Below are positions 39,273 to 49,635 of a stretch of DNA of 64,000 nt, piece after piece. Source of the stretch: an uncultured virus (IMG/VR IMGVR_UViG_3300022851_000011) (taxonomy: Duplodnaviria; Heunggongvirae; Uroviricota; Caudoviricetes); the IMG/VR virus record IMGVR_UViG_3300022851_000011, positions 1 through 64,000 of that record. One strand, 5' to 3'. Position 1 is the first letter of the stretch. The number at the start of each line of letters is the position of its first letter. A program made the translations under genes and the position numbers. Below the pieces are notes generated by a model. It did no database searches. It saw nothing but the letters and a program-made list of their open reading frames with translations, and was not told where the DNA came from.

Positions 39273-39637
39273 TACGCAGTAGCCGTATCGGTGCTTGCAA
39301 CGTAAGCATCATCGGGCACATCGTCTTGCACACCAAGAATATCATCTGGGTCTGCCATACGAACTTCTTGCATATTGCCATCAACTTCATACTGAATACC
39401 ACGTGACCATCGCCCGTGCGCTACTAATACCCATTGTCCCGGCTCAACAGAATCTTGTTCTGGACCAACGGCTAAAACCTTGCCCCAACGTGGACGAATA
39501 CCACGCTGCTTACCATCATCGCCCATCAAAATAAGACCAGCTTTAGTAGTGCGTTCGCCAAAGTTCATATCATAGATTAGGATATTCTTTTTAATCGGGG
39601 TGATTGTTCCACGTACAATAGTGTTATTCACTGGCAT
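39269..39637 (-). CDS. groES: GroES-like co-chaperonin
   Basis: ERTTKAGLIL...GKVLAVGP...GQWVL...DILGV. Confidence 0.8.
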   Translation of the reverse strand: MPVNNTIVRGTITPIKKNILIYDMNFGERTTKAGLILMGDDGKQRGIRPRWGKVLAVGPEQDSVEPGQWVLVAHGRWSRGIQYEVDGNMQEVRMADPDDILGVQDDVPDDAYVASTDTATAY

Positions 39638-39899
39638 TTGGCGTTTCCTTTACTTCTTCTGCTGGCGCAGCAACATCTTCATCAGGTGTCAACTGATTTG
39701 GTGTCTGCGATTTATCGGTATTCTTGTAATGTTGTTTCATAATCTCATCACGAGTGCGAGTAATATTACCCGACGAATCGATTTCATCGCCCCGTGCATT
39801 CACACTGACATTACCAACTGCTCGGACTTTCTCGTTTTTTAATACAAAGCTTTGCATATCTAATGCCTTGCCTTGTGCTGTTCTATACTCTTTTCCCAT
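39624..39899 (-). CDS. hypothetical phage protein
   Basis: RAVGNVSVNARGDEID motif. Confidence 0.6.
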   Translation of the reverse strand: MGKEYRTAQGKALDMQSFVLKNEKVRAVGNVSVNARGDEIDSSGNITRTRDEIMKQHYKNTDKSQTPNQLTPDEDVAAPAEEVKETPNASE

Positions 39900-40408
39900 T
39901 ATCTTAAAAACTCCTTAATATCTAGTTCGTAAAAGAGGCTGTCGATTTTGTGGGTTCCGATTAAGTATAACACGTAACTGGCTACACTTGACCCACGACC
40001 AACCCCCCATACTATTTTATTTTTTCGCATCGTATCTACGAAATATTTTAGGTATTGTAATAACCCAAACATATCACGTTCTTGAAATAGTAATAGTTCT
40101 TCTGCACATCGTTGCAGTTCGGCATCGGTTTTACATTGACCCAATACCCATTCGGCGATATCCATATCTTTATATTCTTCTGGCATTCGCCAACGACGAT
40201 TTATATCATCGTGACTTTCGGTGCCTTCTAACGATCCAAGCTGCAATAACGGCTCTTCAAAATGTGCCTCTGCTGCCGTACGGTATGAATGATACATAAC
40301 CGTATCAACCGTTTGAAACAATGATAAGTCTAAGTCTGGATTCTTGTATAGCTCGTTTAGTAAATCTTCTTCGTCAAAATATACAAAACCGTTACAATCT
40401 GTCAACAT
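39899..40408 (-). CDS. stand-alone fragment resembling the DnaE (Pol III alpha) GRGS region
   Basis: VWGVGRGSSVASYVLYLIGTHKIDSL..L...EFL. Confidence 0.7.
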   Translation of the reverse strand: MLTDCNGFVYFDEEDLLNELYKNPDLDLSLFQTVDTVMYHSYRTAAEAHFEEPLLQLGSLEGTESHDDINRRWRMPEEYKDMDIAEWVLGQCKTDAELQRCAEELLLFQERDMFGLLQYLKYFVDTMRKNKIVWGVGRGSSVASYVLYLIGTHKIDSLFYELDIKEFLR

Positions 40409-40572
40409 TATGTTCTACTAACTCTTTTTCTAGTTCTCTTCTAAGTATAGCATATTTGGCTTCTTGCTGTCTATAAAATAAGGTAGCATTAATACAACTA
40501 TTGCGGACGTGTTTATCGTAGTCTTTTTCATCTACCCAAAAAACACTATTAATACCCATACCGTTATGCATT

Positions 40573-41214
40573 TTAATCATCGGTATCATTTGGTTTTCCT
40601 TCTACAATCTTTGGTCTAAACTTCTTTACGTCGATAATCTTGCCTTCTTTTTCTTTATCACCGTCCCACGTCAATCCAATATGTTCCCAGTTAAACTCTT
40701 GGTCATGGATTGATAGTTCATCGTCTTTTTCAATGATTATATCCATCGTGGATATGTCGGGTCTACCCCACCAAGCACACTTGCCCGGTAAAATATCTTC
40801 AGTAAGAATATCAGGATATTCGAATGTTTCTGAATCGAATACGTATTCAAGGTTTCCCATAGTGCTGGACAGTGACATATTCGTAATAAAGCATCGTTGT
40901 TCAAGAATAGCCGATAGTTTACTATGAAGTATGATCGTAAACAACTGATCGTATGGATCATCTGGTAGAAACATCACGTTTGTTACGTAGGTTTCCATCA
41001 GCTTTTCTAAGTTTTTGTTTTCAAAACTACTAAGAATACTCCCGCTTACAATAGTTTCGCAAAATACACGTAATCGTTCTAATGCGATAGCCTGTTCCTC
41101 AACGTGTTTTGTGTTGGGAATAAGTTCAATCTTTAAAGAGTATCCATTAGGTATGAGTTCATCTTCTAACGCCAATGTTGTTAGAAAATCAGTCTTCCAT
41201 ATGATGTTGGTCAT
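40573..41214 (-). CDS. hypothetical protein
   Basis: 213-aa ORF in operon. Confidence 0.6.
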   Translation of the reverse strand: MTNIIWKTDFLTTLALEDELIPNGYSLKIELIPNTKHVEEQAIALERLRVFCETIVSGSILSSFENKNLEKLMETYVTNVMFLPDDPYDQLFTIILHSKLSAILEQRCFITNMSLSSTMGNLEYVFDSETFEYPDILTEDILPGKCAWWGRPDISTMDIIIEKDDELSIHDQEFNWEHIGLTWDGDKEKEGKIIDVKKFRPKIVEGKPNDTDD

Positions 41215-41453
41215 TTAATGTTAACATTATCCGAAAAGAAATCAGTGCCCAATGCTTCTTCGATTTCTTTATCGTGTTCGGCTTGACGCTGCAACATTTC
41301 TGCATTGTAGTCGTCAATAAGGGCATAGATTTGTGATGCTAAATAGGGATTTGCACGTGAAGCATACGCATATTTGCTATGTAACTCACCAAGCTTCATA
41401 GTAAGTTCTTCGTCGCTCAAATCGGTTAGTTTGTTTACTAGTGGATGTGACAT
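41211..41453 (-). CDS. hypothetical protein
   Basis: Likely start MSHPL after an ATAAATA motif. Confidence 0.55.
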   Translation of the reverse strand: MSHPLVNKLTDLSDEELTMKLGELHSKYAYASRANPYLASQIYALIDDYNAEMLQRQAEHDKEIEEALGTDFFSDNVNIK

Positions 41454-41466
41454 ACTGTATTTATGC

Positions 41467-41874
41467 CTATATATCACCCTCTTTGCGATTTTCACTGTAA
41501 TATGGGTTAAACTCGCCGCCGGGATACCGTGCTTGAAGTTTTTCTACATTCATATTAATGATGTCGTTAGGGTCTTCGCCCAATGCGATACACGCTTGCA
41601 TCCAATACCAAATGACATCACCTAGCTCTCGCTTCATGTGATATATGGTATCTTCATCCATAGGTTTGCCTTGGAAGATACATTTCTTGATGATTTCGTT
41701 GAACTCACCTCCTTCGCTTGACATACCAATACCAGCCGTAAGAAGGTTTGACATTTTTACACCAGATTCTGCTTGTAGGCGGAGAATGGTGTTAATCATT
41801 TTGGCAGCATCGCTGCTTTCGTCGCTAGTGACTTCATCTACGAAGTCTTTGTATTTGTTTAAATCAATGTTCAT
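41467..41874 (-). CDS. MazG-like nucleotide pyrophosphohydrolase
   Basis: GMSSEGGEFNEIIKK...RELGDVIWY...NVEKLQARYP. Confidence 0.88.
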   Translation of the reverse strand: MNIDLNKYKDFVDEVTSDESSDAAKMINTILRLQAESGVKMSNLLTAGIGMSSEGGEFNEIIKKCIFQGKPMDEDTIYHMKRELGDVIWYWMQACIALGEDPNDIINMNVEKLQARYPGGEFNPYYSENRKEGDI

Positions 41875-42169
41875 TTATTTTCCTTAGATTTTCATTTACT
41901 TCTTTGGCATATACGTGGATAGTATAGCCTTCTAGTGGTTCATACTTGACGTATTCCAATAGATCATCAAAATAATATGCGTCATTACAGATGACCTGAT
42001 ACACAGGCTCCTTAGAGTCATGTTTTTTGGCAAGTGCATTCATTGCGATGTAGCCGCCAAACTCAACGGGATGGTCACTTAGCCAGTTCATAACATAGTG
42101 TTTGAACATAGGGGTATGATTTACACACACGCCGGGGTTTGGCTCAAAGTATAATATAACTTGTTCCAT
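41864..42169 (-). CDS. hypothetical protein
   Basis: ORF in operon. Confidence 0.55.
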   Translation of the reverse strand: MEQVILYFEPNPGVCVNHTPMFKHYVMNWLSDHPVEFGGYIAMNALAKKHDSKEPVYQVICNDAYYFDDLLEYVKYEPLEGYTIHVYAKEVNENLRKINEH

Positions 42170-42353
42170 TTTGTTCTTTCGTTAGTTGTTCAATACGTTC
42201 TTTGGCGTGAAGTTTAAGTTTTTTCTCATCAACCAATCGTTTCTTGGCGGATGAACTACGGTCGGTTTCACGCAGTTTTTCAAGACGGCGCACCCTTTCG
42301 GAATGCATTGCGAATTTGGTAGTATAATGGTCGAGTTCTTTTTGTTTGTCCAT
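42144..42353 (-). CDS. small coiled-coil protein
   Basis: GGGAG RBS; TTGACT-N17-TATACT promoter upstream. Confidence 0.55.
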   Translation of the reverse strand: MDKQKELDHYTTKFAMHSERVRRLEKLRETDRSSSAKKRLVDEKKLKLHAKERIEQLTKEQNGTSYIIL

Positions 42354-42415
42354 ATTAACTCCCAAATTCCACGCTTTGAATACCCAGTATACTACACTGG
42401 CGGAGTCAAGTCAAC

Positions 42416-44122
42416 TTAAATCTTGGATAAACGTGTGATGTCTTGAAGGAGTTTGTCCGTTTTTTTGGATTCGGTCATTTTAAACTCACGCTCAAAATAA
42501 TCAAGGGCTTTTGCCATATCAACACTTGCTTGATTAGTTAATGTTTCAAGATATTTATCCTGCCCATCTTCATCATTGATAAGTTGCTCACTGGAATATG
42601 AACCAAACATTTCTCTATAATCGTAACCTTCTTCTTGATATCCCCAACCCAACATAATGATGTCGTAAATCCTTCCTTCAAACTCATCATCGTAATCAGA
42701 CCCACTTGCTTCAAGTGCATCCAATAACGTGTCAACGGATACAATAAGTTGGATTTCACTGTCATAGTTAACAATCCTCACTTGAAGTGAGGATGGATTA
42801 AAAGCAGTATATTGTATATATTTAACAGCACGTTCTTTTAGATTTTTAATAATCTCATCTTGGCTTCCCTCGCCGATTTTGAATGCTTTTTCAAAAGAAT
42901 CAATCATAAGATTATAGTATCGATGTCCTTCTCTTTCAAGTCTCCAAAATGCACGTTGTGGGTCGTCTGTATTACCCGCCGCCTGAAAGATTTTGTCCTG
43001 ATAATATGGTTCCAATAATTCAATCATTTTGGCATAATAATCATCGGGAATATCGGTTGGTTCAAAATCAGTTAGTTCACCCAGCATATCTGGGTCTTCG
43101 ATAATATTGATCAATGTGTGAACCGGGTGATCGCTATTAAGTTTATCATTTGCAAAATCAGCAACATCACTGAAATCTTCAATCATAATATCTTGACGAG
43201 TATCAGTGCTTGATTTATCCATCTGTTGAAAATTATGCGGTGCGACACCTTCATCACGTAGCGCATCGTAAAGAACATTAAGGTTGTCTTTCGTAACACC
43301 GCCCTCTTTACGTATATCTCGAATAATAGTAAAACTTGGTGGCAATAGATCACGTTCTTGAAATACATCAAAGATTGTTGGATGTTCTTCGAAGAAGGTT
43401 CCCAACTGAATTTGATGATCCTGTTCATCCATATATTGCTTTGATTCAAAATGGAATTGCCATCTTGAATTCGTTGGTTTATGTAAAATGATATACATTG
43501 GTCCCTGTGCGCTATACTGGTTGTGATAACTATCATTGTCAGCCGCAGTCGTGCACCATTTTGTATTTTTACCGAAATAGCAACTTGCCTTATGCGAATG
43601 TGGAATAATTATCTTATATTCTTTGTCGTTGAATACAAGTTCAGCATCACCGCTGGCATACATTTCCTGTTCAATACTAACCTTCTTTTCCTTCTTACTG
43701 GAAAGAACGTCCGACGCTACTGTTTCGGTATAGGAAGCAACTGCGTCAACGAATTGATCTAAGTTTTTAAATCGATTGATATCACGGTGTTCTGGATTTA
43801 GCTTTTTCTTTACAGCTAGTTTAGCATAGATTGTTAATGCTGGTGTGATTTTTGATGGGATATCTTCGAGGCGTTGAATACCACCTTTAAGGTATCTGGT
43901 AATCATCCAGTTTACGTATTTTTTATTCTGCGTTGGGTCTTGTTCAGCAAGCCAATCGGTCCAGTTTTCACCTTCTTCGCCAATCTTATCTTTATACATA
44001 CCGAATGAGTTATCTCGGTTCATTCGTTTCATCAATACTTCATTATTGTAGTCGTAGTATTCAATAAGAATATTTTCAAGTAGTTTTATTTTATTCAATA
44101 TATCACGCATTTTTTGCTCCAA
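42416..44122 (-). CDS. large hypothetical protein (putative internal protein)
   Basis: ASCYFGKNTKWCT motif; leader MRDILNKIKLLE; C-terminal ITRLSKI. Confidence 0.6.
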   Translation of the reverse strand: MEQKMRDILNKIKLLENILIEYYDYNNEVLMKRMNRDNSFGMYKDKIGEEGENWTDWLAEQDPTQNKKYVNWMITRYLKGGIQRLEDIPSKITPALTIYAKLAVKKKLNPEHRDINRFKNLDQFVDAVASYTETVASDVLSSKKEKKVSIEQEMYASGDAELVFNDKEYKIIIPHSHKASCYFGKNTKWCTTAADNDSYHNQYSAQGPMYIILHKPTNSRWQFHFESKQYMDEQDHQIQLGTFFEEHPTIFDVFQERDLLPPSFTIIRDIRKEGGVTKDNLNVLYDALRDEGVAPHNFQQMDKSSTDTRQDIMIEDFSDVADFANDKLNSDHPVHTLINIIEDPDMLGELTDFEPTDIPDDYYAKMIELLEPYYQDKIFQAAGNTDDPQRAFWRLEREGHRYYNLMIDSFEKAFKIGEGSQDEIIKNLKERAVKYIQYTAFNPSSLQVRIVNYDSEIQLIVSVDTLLDALEASGSDYDDEFEGRIYDIIMLGWGYQEEGYDYREMFGSYSSEQLINDEDGQDKYLETLTNQASVDMAKALDYFEREFKMTESKKTDKLLQDITRLSKI

Positions 44123-45337
44123 GGGTCAAAAGACCTTCCATCCATTCTTTTGGTTTACCATCCAATGAGTTATTTACATAGAATGAAAATATTTCACAGA
44201 ACCATTCTTCGTGATCTTTCTGAGAATAACTAGTCGGAAACCAATCTGATTTATTGATGTAGTCAGTGGTTTTCGGTGGACTCATATCAACACCTTCTAT
44301 TTTCCATTTTCCACCAAGAATAAACGCTGGTGTTCCCGTTAATGTGCCGCCGTGTAAAGCATTAAGAACTAGCTGTTCAGAAGATACGGCTGTAATAGTA
44401 AACGGGGAGTTGCTCTTATATGTTCGTTTCCTGCCAAGATAATGCACTTCTTGACCTACTTTAAGTTGTGGAATAATACCTGCCATATACTCATCACGTG
44501 TGCTTTGGTGAATATTGCTATATTTTTCAACGCCTTTAATCTTTTCAAACATATTTTTGATATGGGTATGATGTTTATCGGTCATATACTCATACCAGAA
44601 TTTATGCCCATATTCGTGAATGATTGTATAGATTACTTCCTGTGTTTTCTTAGCAGAATATTGGATGATAATATTACGGGAAGACTTATTATATGTCCCG
44701 ATTGTTTTGCCGGGAAGTTTGCTAAAACGAATGTCACTATCATCAATAAGAAAGTTTAGTTTTTTTGCATCTAATAGGTTTTCAAAGACATCAAGCAATG
44801 ATAACATATTTTTCTTTACGGATTCTCTGATATTATCAGGAAAGAATACTCTGGCATCGTGATATGCAACGTAGTCATTGTCATCAAAGTCAGTCGGTGC
44901 ATCACCCAGATAACGCTCAAAAGTCTCGGATGGCATACTAAGGTCAACAGTGAGATACTTAAAAAGTTCTACACGACTTGTTAACTCTTTTGTTTTGTAG
45001 AAACCCGTTTCATCAATCGAATGCAATGCATACGGATCGTCTTCAAGCTTAATCACGTTAATGAGGGTTGACCTATCATAATCGTTACCACGGCGCTGAT
45101 ATACCTTTAAAAGTTCAAGGGTTTTCTTTGGTTTGAAAATAAAAGTTCAAGGGTTTTCTTTGGTTTGAAAATAACAGCGGTAAATGTGCCCGATTCTACG
45201 GTGCTGGAATTGTACCAGTCATCGTTGAAAACTATAAGATACGGAACTTGTGCCTTACTACTTCCATAGAATGCAATACCACGTTCAGTCTCTCGTAGAT
45301 AACTATAGGTGTATGCTTCTTCTAGAACCTTGGACAT
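44103..45337 (-). pseudogene. zincin metallopeptidase-like gene frameshifted by a 32-bp duplication
   Basis: HEYGH and EWFCE motifs; removing one repeat copy joins ORFs 45107-45337 and 44103-45056 in frame (ELLKVYQRRGNDYDRSTLINVIKLEDDPY). Confidence 0.75.
45108..45171. repeat. 32-bp perfect tandem duplication
   Basis: TAAAAGTTCAAGGGTTTTCTTTGGTTTGAAAA x2. Confidence 0.92.
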
Positions 45338-45347
45338 TTTTCAGTCC

Positions 45348-46076
45348 TTAGTATGCACTAATCGCAGCACGTTTCCAAATAACTGTCGAACCATCATATG
45401 TTCCAGTGCATACATATACGTATGATGCATCTGCGGCAATCTTGCCTGCAACGTCGCCTGCTACACCAACGTTTACTGGTGTGCGTTGAGCAACCTGATC
45501 ACCCGAAGATCGGGTTAAGTCTTGGATAGCAATGACTGCTCCACTGTCATGGGTTGTAAATTCTAGAATATATGTTCCAGTTGCATCAAACGTAATAATA
45601 TTCGATGCATATCCCTGAATGTATGCGGTGCCTACAGTAACAGTAGCCGGTAATGTAACCGTATGGGCAATGCTAGAGATAGAAACTTCAACACGCATAC
45701 GTCCAAGTTTACCAGATGCAGGAAAGTTTGAAAATGCAAATGATAATGAACCACTCGATGATACCGTTTGATATCCACCCTCAGTGTAGTTGAATGTAAC
45801 CGTTCCGCTTGTTGAACCTTTAGCAAGACGTGTCTCCGAGAAGTCACGGATTTCAAAGTCTTTAAGAAGCGCACCGCCACCAGCGTTATCAATCGTTGTG
45901 CCATCCAATGCCGATTTTAGCATTACCTTACTTTGAAGGTCTTCAATCTCAGTTTTTGCTTCAGTAAAGTTGTTCTTAGTATTGGTTGCGTTATCTCTAA
46001 ACCCCTGTGATGAATTATCTTGTCCGGCAACTGGGAAAGTTCCGTCTATATTGTTCGGATTTATGTTACTTGCCAT
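45348..46076 (-). CDS. virion structural protein (baseplate/fibre-associated)
   Basis: FPVAGQDNSSQGFRDN; C-terminal YVYVCTGTYDGSTVIWKR closely matches the end of 49636-50163. Confidence 0.7.
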   Translation of the reverse strand: MASNINPNNIDGTFPVAGQDNSSQGFRDNATNTKNNFTEAKTEIEDLQSKVMLKSALDGTTIDNAGGGALLKDFEIRDFSETRLAKGSTSGTVTFNYTEGGYQTVSSSGSLSFAFSNFPASGKLGRMRVEVSISSIAHTVTLPATVTVGTAYIQGYASNIITFDATGTYILEFTTHDSGAVIAIQDLTRSSGDQVAQRTPVNVGVAGDVAGKIAADASYVYVCTGTYDGSTVIWKRAAISAY

Positions 46077-46114
46077 TTTTTATATATCTCCATTTGTAGT
46101 ATTTATACATGTAT

Positions 46115-46405
46115 TTAGCAATTTATTGCCTTTGGCAATATTATCATTTGTAAATTCCACGGCACATGCAATCCACAAACTGTTTCGCCCTGTAATGGGA
46201 TTATATGATCAACATGGTGTTTTTGTTCTAAAATCTTTTCTCTATTATTTTCTCGGTATTGCTTACCTCGTATTGCTATTTCCTCTTTATTGTTTTCATA
46301 GCGTATCTTATCCTGCGCCGCCAGTTTTTCTTTATTGGCTTTACGATATTCTCGCTTATACGCAGCAAGTTTTTCTTTTTTCTTTTCTTCTTCGGGTAAA
46401 TACAT
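46115..46405 (-). pseudogene. degenerate HNH homing endonuclease
   Basis: [21 protein letters not shown]; the expected terminal N-x-x-K-G-N (NDNIAKGNK) is in another frame; basic repeats join directly to the HNH core. Confidence 0.7.
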
Positions 46406-46473
46406 TTGCTGATACTCCTTTTCAGTATTAGAGTAAGCGGATGTTGTCGCATCGTGGCTTACATTCTATTTAT
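46406..46473 (-). promoter_or_regulatory. late promoter and structured leader sequestering the HNH gene RBS
   Basis: ATAAATA, then GUAAGC/GCUUAC enclosing GAUG/CAUC, then AUACU-GAAAAGG-AGUAU overlapping AAGGAG. Confidence 0.6.
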
Positions 46474-46504
46474 GTTGATAAATACTTCAAATAAGGAAAC
46501 ACTT

Positions 46505-47179
46505 ATGCGAATTAATCAAATCATTGAAACTATTATAACCGAAGGACCACACGATCCGAGCATCTTCAAGGCTATATTCCTTGCTGGCGGTGGTGGTTCA
46601 GGAAAAGGTATGATTGCCCGCCAAACCACACAGGGAATGGGATTTAAAACAGTTAATAGCGATGATGTATTTGAATATCTTATGCGTAAGAACAATCTAA
46701 GTTTACGTATGCCTCCTGAAGAAACAGAAAAACGGGATGCTGTTCGTAAGCAAGCACAAGACATCACTGCAAATCGCCTTGGTAACTACATTGAAGGTCG
46801 CCTTGGGTTGATTATTGATAGCACAGCTGCCGATATCACTAAATCGACGCAGATTAAAGATCGTCTAGAAGCGTTGGGCTATGAAACAAAGATGATTTTT
46901 GTTAATACTGACCTTCAGGTAGCATTGGATCGAAATGACCAGCGCAATCGTCGTGTTCCGGTAGATATTGTAACTGATGCGTGGACTAGCACCCAGAAAA
47001 ACAAAGCAACCTTCCAGACGTTGTTCGGCAATGAGGATTTTTACAGTGTTAATAATTCATCGTTGATGACACCAGAACGTAGTCAAGAGCTTACCGATAC
47101 TATGTGGAAGCCTATCAAACAATGGACTGAAACGCCAGTGCATAATCCTGTCGCTACGAAATGGTTAGCATCCATTTAA
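46505..47179 (+). CDS. P-loop kinase (zeta-toxin/AAA_33-like)
   Basis: AIFLAGGGGSGKG, VNSDD, LIIDST, RNDQRNR; leader MRINQIIETIITEG; ATAAATA upstream. Confidence 0.75.
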   Translation: MRINQIIETIITEGPHDPSIFKAIFLAGGGGSGKGMIARQTTQGMGFKTVNSDDVFEYLMRKNNLSLRMPPEETEKRDAVRKQAQDITANRLGNYIEGRLGLIIDSTAADITKSTQIKDRLEALGYETKMIFVNTDLQVALDRNDQRNRRVPVDIVTDAWTSTQKNKATFQTLFGNEDFYSVNNSSLMTPERSQELTDTMWKPIKQWTETPVHNPVATKWLASI

Positions 47180-49602
47180 CCTAGTATTTTACTATCAATA
47201 TTTGTCAATGGGAATTTCAAGAAAGAATCGCCATCATCACGACTGGATTTATACAAGAATGAATCGGTTATAAATCGTGTAGACCCGCCATCGAAGAAGG
47301 TTTCATCCGCAGCATTGACACTTAGATCAAACGTAGTCTCTGTTTCTGTTCCCCACTCATCATTAGCGATATCAAAGTTCACAGTCATATCATTATCCCA
47401 GATATATCTGTCAATAATAAATTCAATATCTTTCAAGTCAATATCGGTGCGACGTTTAATATTGAAAATGATTTCATCTGCCGAACCCGGTGTAACGTAT
47501 GCAATAACAACGGCAGGAGTGAATCCAAGTATGCTTCCATTTTCTTGTTTAGAACGCATCCATAGTGGAAGACTAGTCAGTGCAAGTTGCCCTACGTTAT
47601 CCAATAGTTGTTGGTTCATATTCTCAAAGGAGTTTGGATAGAATACGTGTTGATCACTATCACCAGCGTCAATGCCATCGTAGTCTCCTGTAAGGTTTGT
47701 GTCAGATACTAACGCAGGATTACTCCATATATCGTTATGGTTTTCATAAAAATCAATACTCAATCCTGTTGATTGTTTTAATGAGTTTGCTTCGGTATCC
47801 AATACATCAAGATATACAACTTCATACTGAACCACGCCGTCACGAACTGCTCGTGCCTTTTTAATTTCTCCAAATGCAACACGTTTATTGTAATGGTTTT
47901 TAGCGATTGCCGATATCATTTCAGCAGGAAGACTAGGGTTTAATCCCGTACTAAGAATGATTCTTATATCCTGCTGTTTTCCATAATAATAATCATTCTG
48001 GCGATAGATCAAATCTGGTGGAAAGTCATCGGGTGAGTTAATAAGAGAAGACCATATGTCACGTTGCTCTACCTTTGGATATGCTTTTGCCCACAGATTT
48101 TCATACGGAATAAAATCGCCGGGATCAATAACTATGGTAAACGTTTTAAAAGCAGATACATCGCCATCGGAATCAAAAGCTTCTACTGTAAATGTATATG
48201 TGCGTTCAAACGTGGTTTCATTAATAACGAAGCTCTCGGAATCAAATGATGTTGTTCCGCCATCTATCATAAACGTTTTAAATGCTGGTCGTCCGACAAT
48301 AAGTCCATCCAAGTTAAGGTTTAATCCTTGTGGCAACTTACTATTTGATCTTGATTTCAAGCGATACTGTAAATTTTTATTTAAGGTATTGGTAGCTTCT
48401 ATAGAAATAGTGCTGATTTCACCCACGGCAATGGTGCCTATATCTTCGGGCGTAATCCAGTTAACTATCGAACGAATATCGCCAACAATTGTCATCGTGA
48501 AGAATTTAAAATCGCTTTTATATGTTGAATCATTTGCTTTAAGAACACGCACGGTGAATGTATATTCGGTTTGCGTTGCTGCTAGATTTGGTATATAGCC
48601 ATATAACCAACCTGTTGTTGAATCCAAAACAAGACCCGGCGGCAGTTCAAGATCGCCAACATCAAATCCGTTTATTTCGCCGTCGAATCCTAAATCGTTA
48701 TCGTAACCTTCGCCACCACCTACACCTAGACTATATTCGATTGGATCGCCATCGAAATCCATTCCAGTGAATTGGTATGCGAAATAGTTGTCGTGTGTGA
48801 CTATTCCAATATCTGCTTCAGCCGTTAATAATACTGGTGGACGAAGCGAATTTTGGTCAGTAGTAAACGGAAATCCTGCCATATCTGCGGTAAGATCAGC
48901 GTTGTCGGCGGTAAATGTATTGCCAGCATACACGTATATTGTATAATTTCCAGCAACTGTTGATTTACCATCTGTCACTGCAACTGTGAATTGAAAGTTT
49001 TTATTTTGCGCAATCGTGCGGAAATCAAAGCTATTCACATCAAATGCGTTGGCATCAAACCCCGGTGTTCCCGTAAGCAATGGCGTAGGTTCGATGTATC
49101 CAGTAATATAACCATCATTACTAATCGTTACGCCCGGTGGTAATTCACCATCTAAAATTCTAAAAGTAAGTGTATCGTCGGGATCAGCATCGGTGGCAAC
49201 AATCTGTTCATTTACATATTGCCCATCACGGTATATACCAAGTTCTCCGTCAGCTGTAAGAATAAGGGGGTCATCTTGTCCCACAACAGTCAATTCAAAT
49301 GTGCGGTCACTCACGATACCATCATAACTTGTCGCACGTAGGACAAATCTAGATGTTACATTTTGACCAACGTTTGTAGGAACACCTGCAATAAAGATTT
49401 CACAACTTGGACGCCCTTCCATCAGACCTTCTCGTGTAATACGTAGACCAGTTGGCATTGTTCCTGATTGTAAGTTAAATCTTGGTTGCAATTCGTCGCT
49501 AGGGGCTTCAGGGTCTTCTACAATAACCTGAAAGTCATAAAACTCAGCTTCCTGAATTTTTCCTAAATCACCTGCTGGTGTTACCCATACTGGAATTCCC
49601 AT
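47176..49602 (-). CDS. baseplate/virion protein with Ig-like repeats
   Basis: Repeated LPPG...G.I.G segments; TFD.G.T.F motifs. Confidence 0.7.
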   Translation of the reverse strand: MGIPVWVTPAGDLGKIQEAEFYDFQVIVEDPEAPSDELQPRFNLQSGTMPTGLRITREGLMEGRPSCEIFIAGVPTNVGQNVTSRFVLRATSYDGIVSDRTFELTVVGQDDPLILTADGELGIYRDGQYVNEQIVATDADPDDTLTFRILDGELPPGVTISNDGYITGYIEPTPLLTGTPGFDANAFDVNSFDFRTIAQNKNFQFTVAVTDGKSTVAGNYTIYVYAGNTFTADNADLTADMAGFPFTTDQNSLRPPVLLTAEADIGIVTHDNYFAYQFTGMDFDGDPIEYSLGVGGGEGYDNDLGFDGEINGFDVGDLELPPGLVLDSTTGWLYGYIPNLAATQTEYTFTVRVLKANDSTYKSDFKFFTMTIVGDIRSIVNWITPEDIGTIAVGEISTISIEATNTLNKNLQYRLKSRSNSKLPQGLNLNLDGLIVGRPAFKTFMIDGGTTSFDSESFVINETTFERTYTFTVEAFDSDGDVSAFKTFTIVIDPGDFIPYENLWAKAYPKVEQRDIWSSLINSPDDFPPDLIYRQNDYYYGKQQDIRIILSTGLNPSLPAEMISAIAKNHYNKRVAFGEIKKARAVRDGVVQYEVVYLDVLDTEANSLKQSTGLSIDFYENHNDIWSNPALVSDTNLTGDYDGIDAGDSDQHVFYPNSFENMNQQLLDNVGQLALTSLPLWMRSKQENGSILGFTPAVVIAYVTPGSADEIIFNIKRRTDIDLKDIEFIIDRYIWDNDMTVNFDIANDEWGTETETTFDLSVNAADETFFDGGSTRFITDSFLYKSSRDDGDSFLKFPLTNIDSKILG

Positions 49603-49635
49603 TTATATCCCCTTTAGGGTATTTATCAGTTTTAC

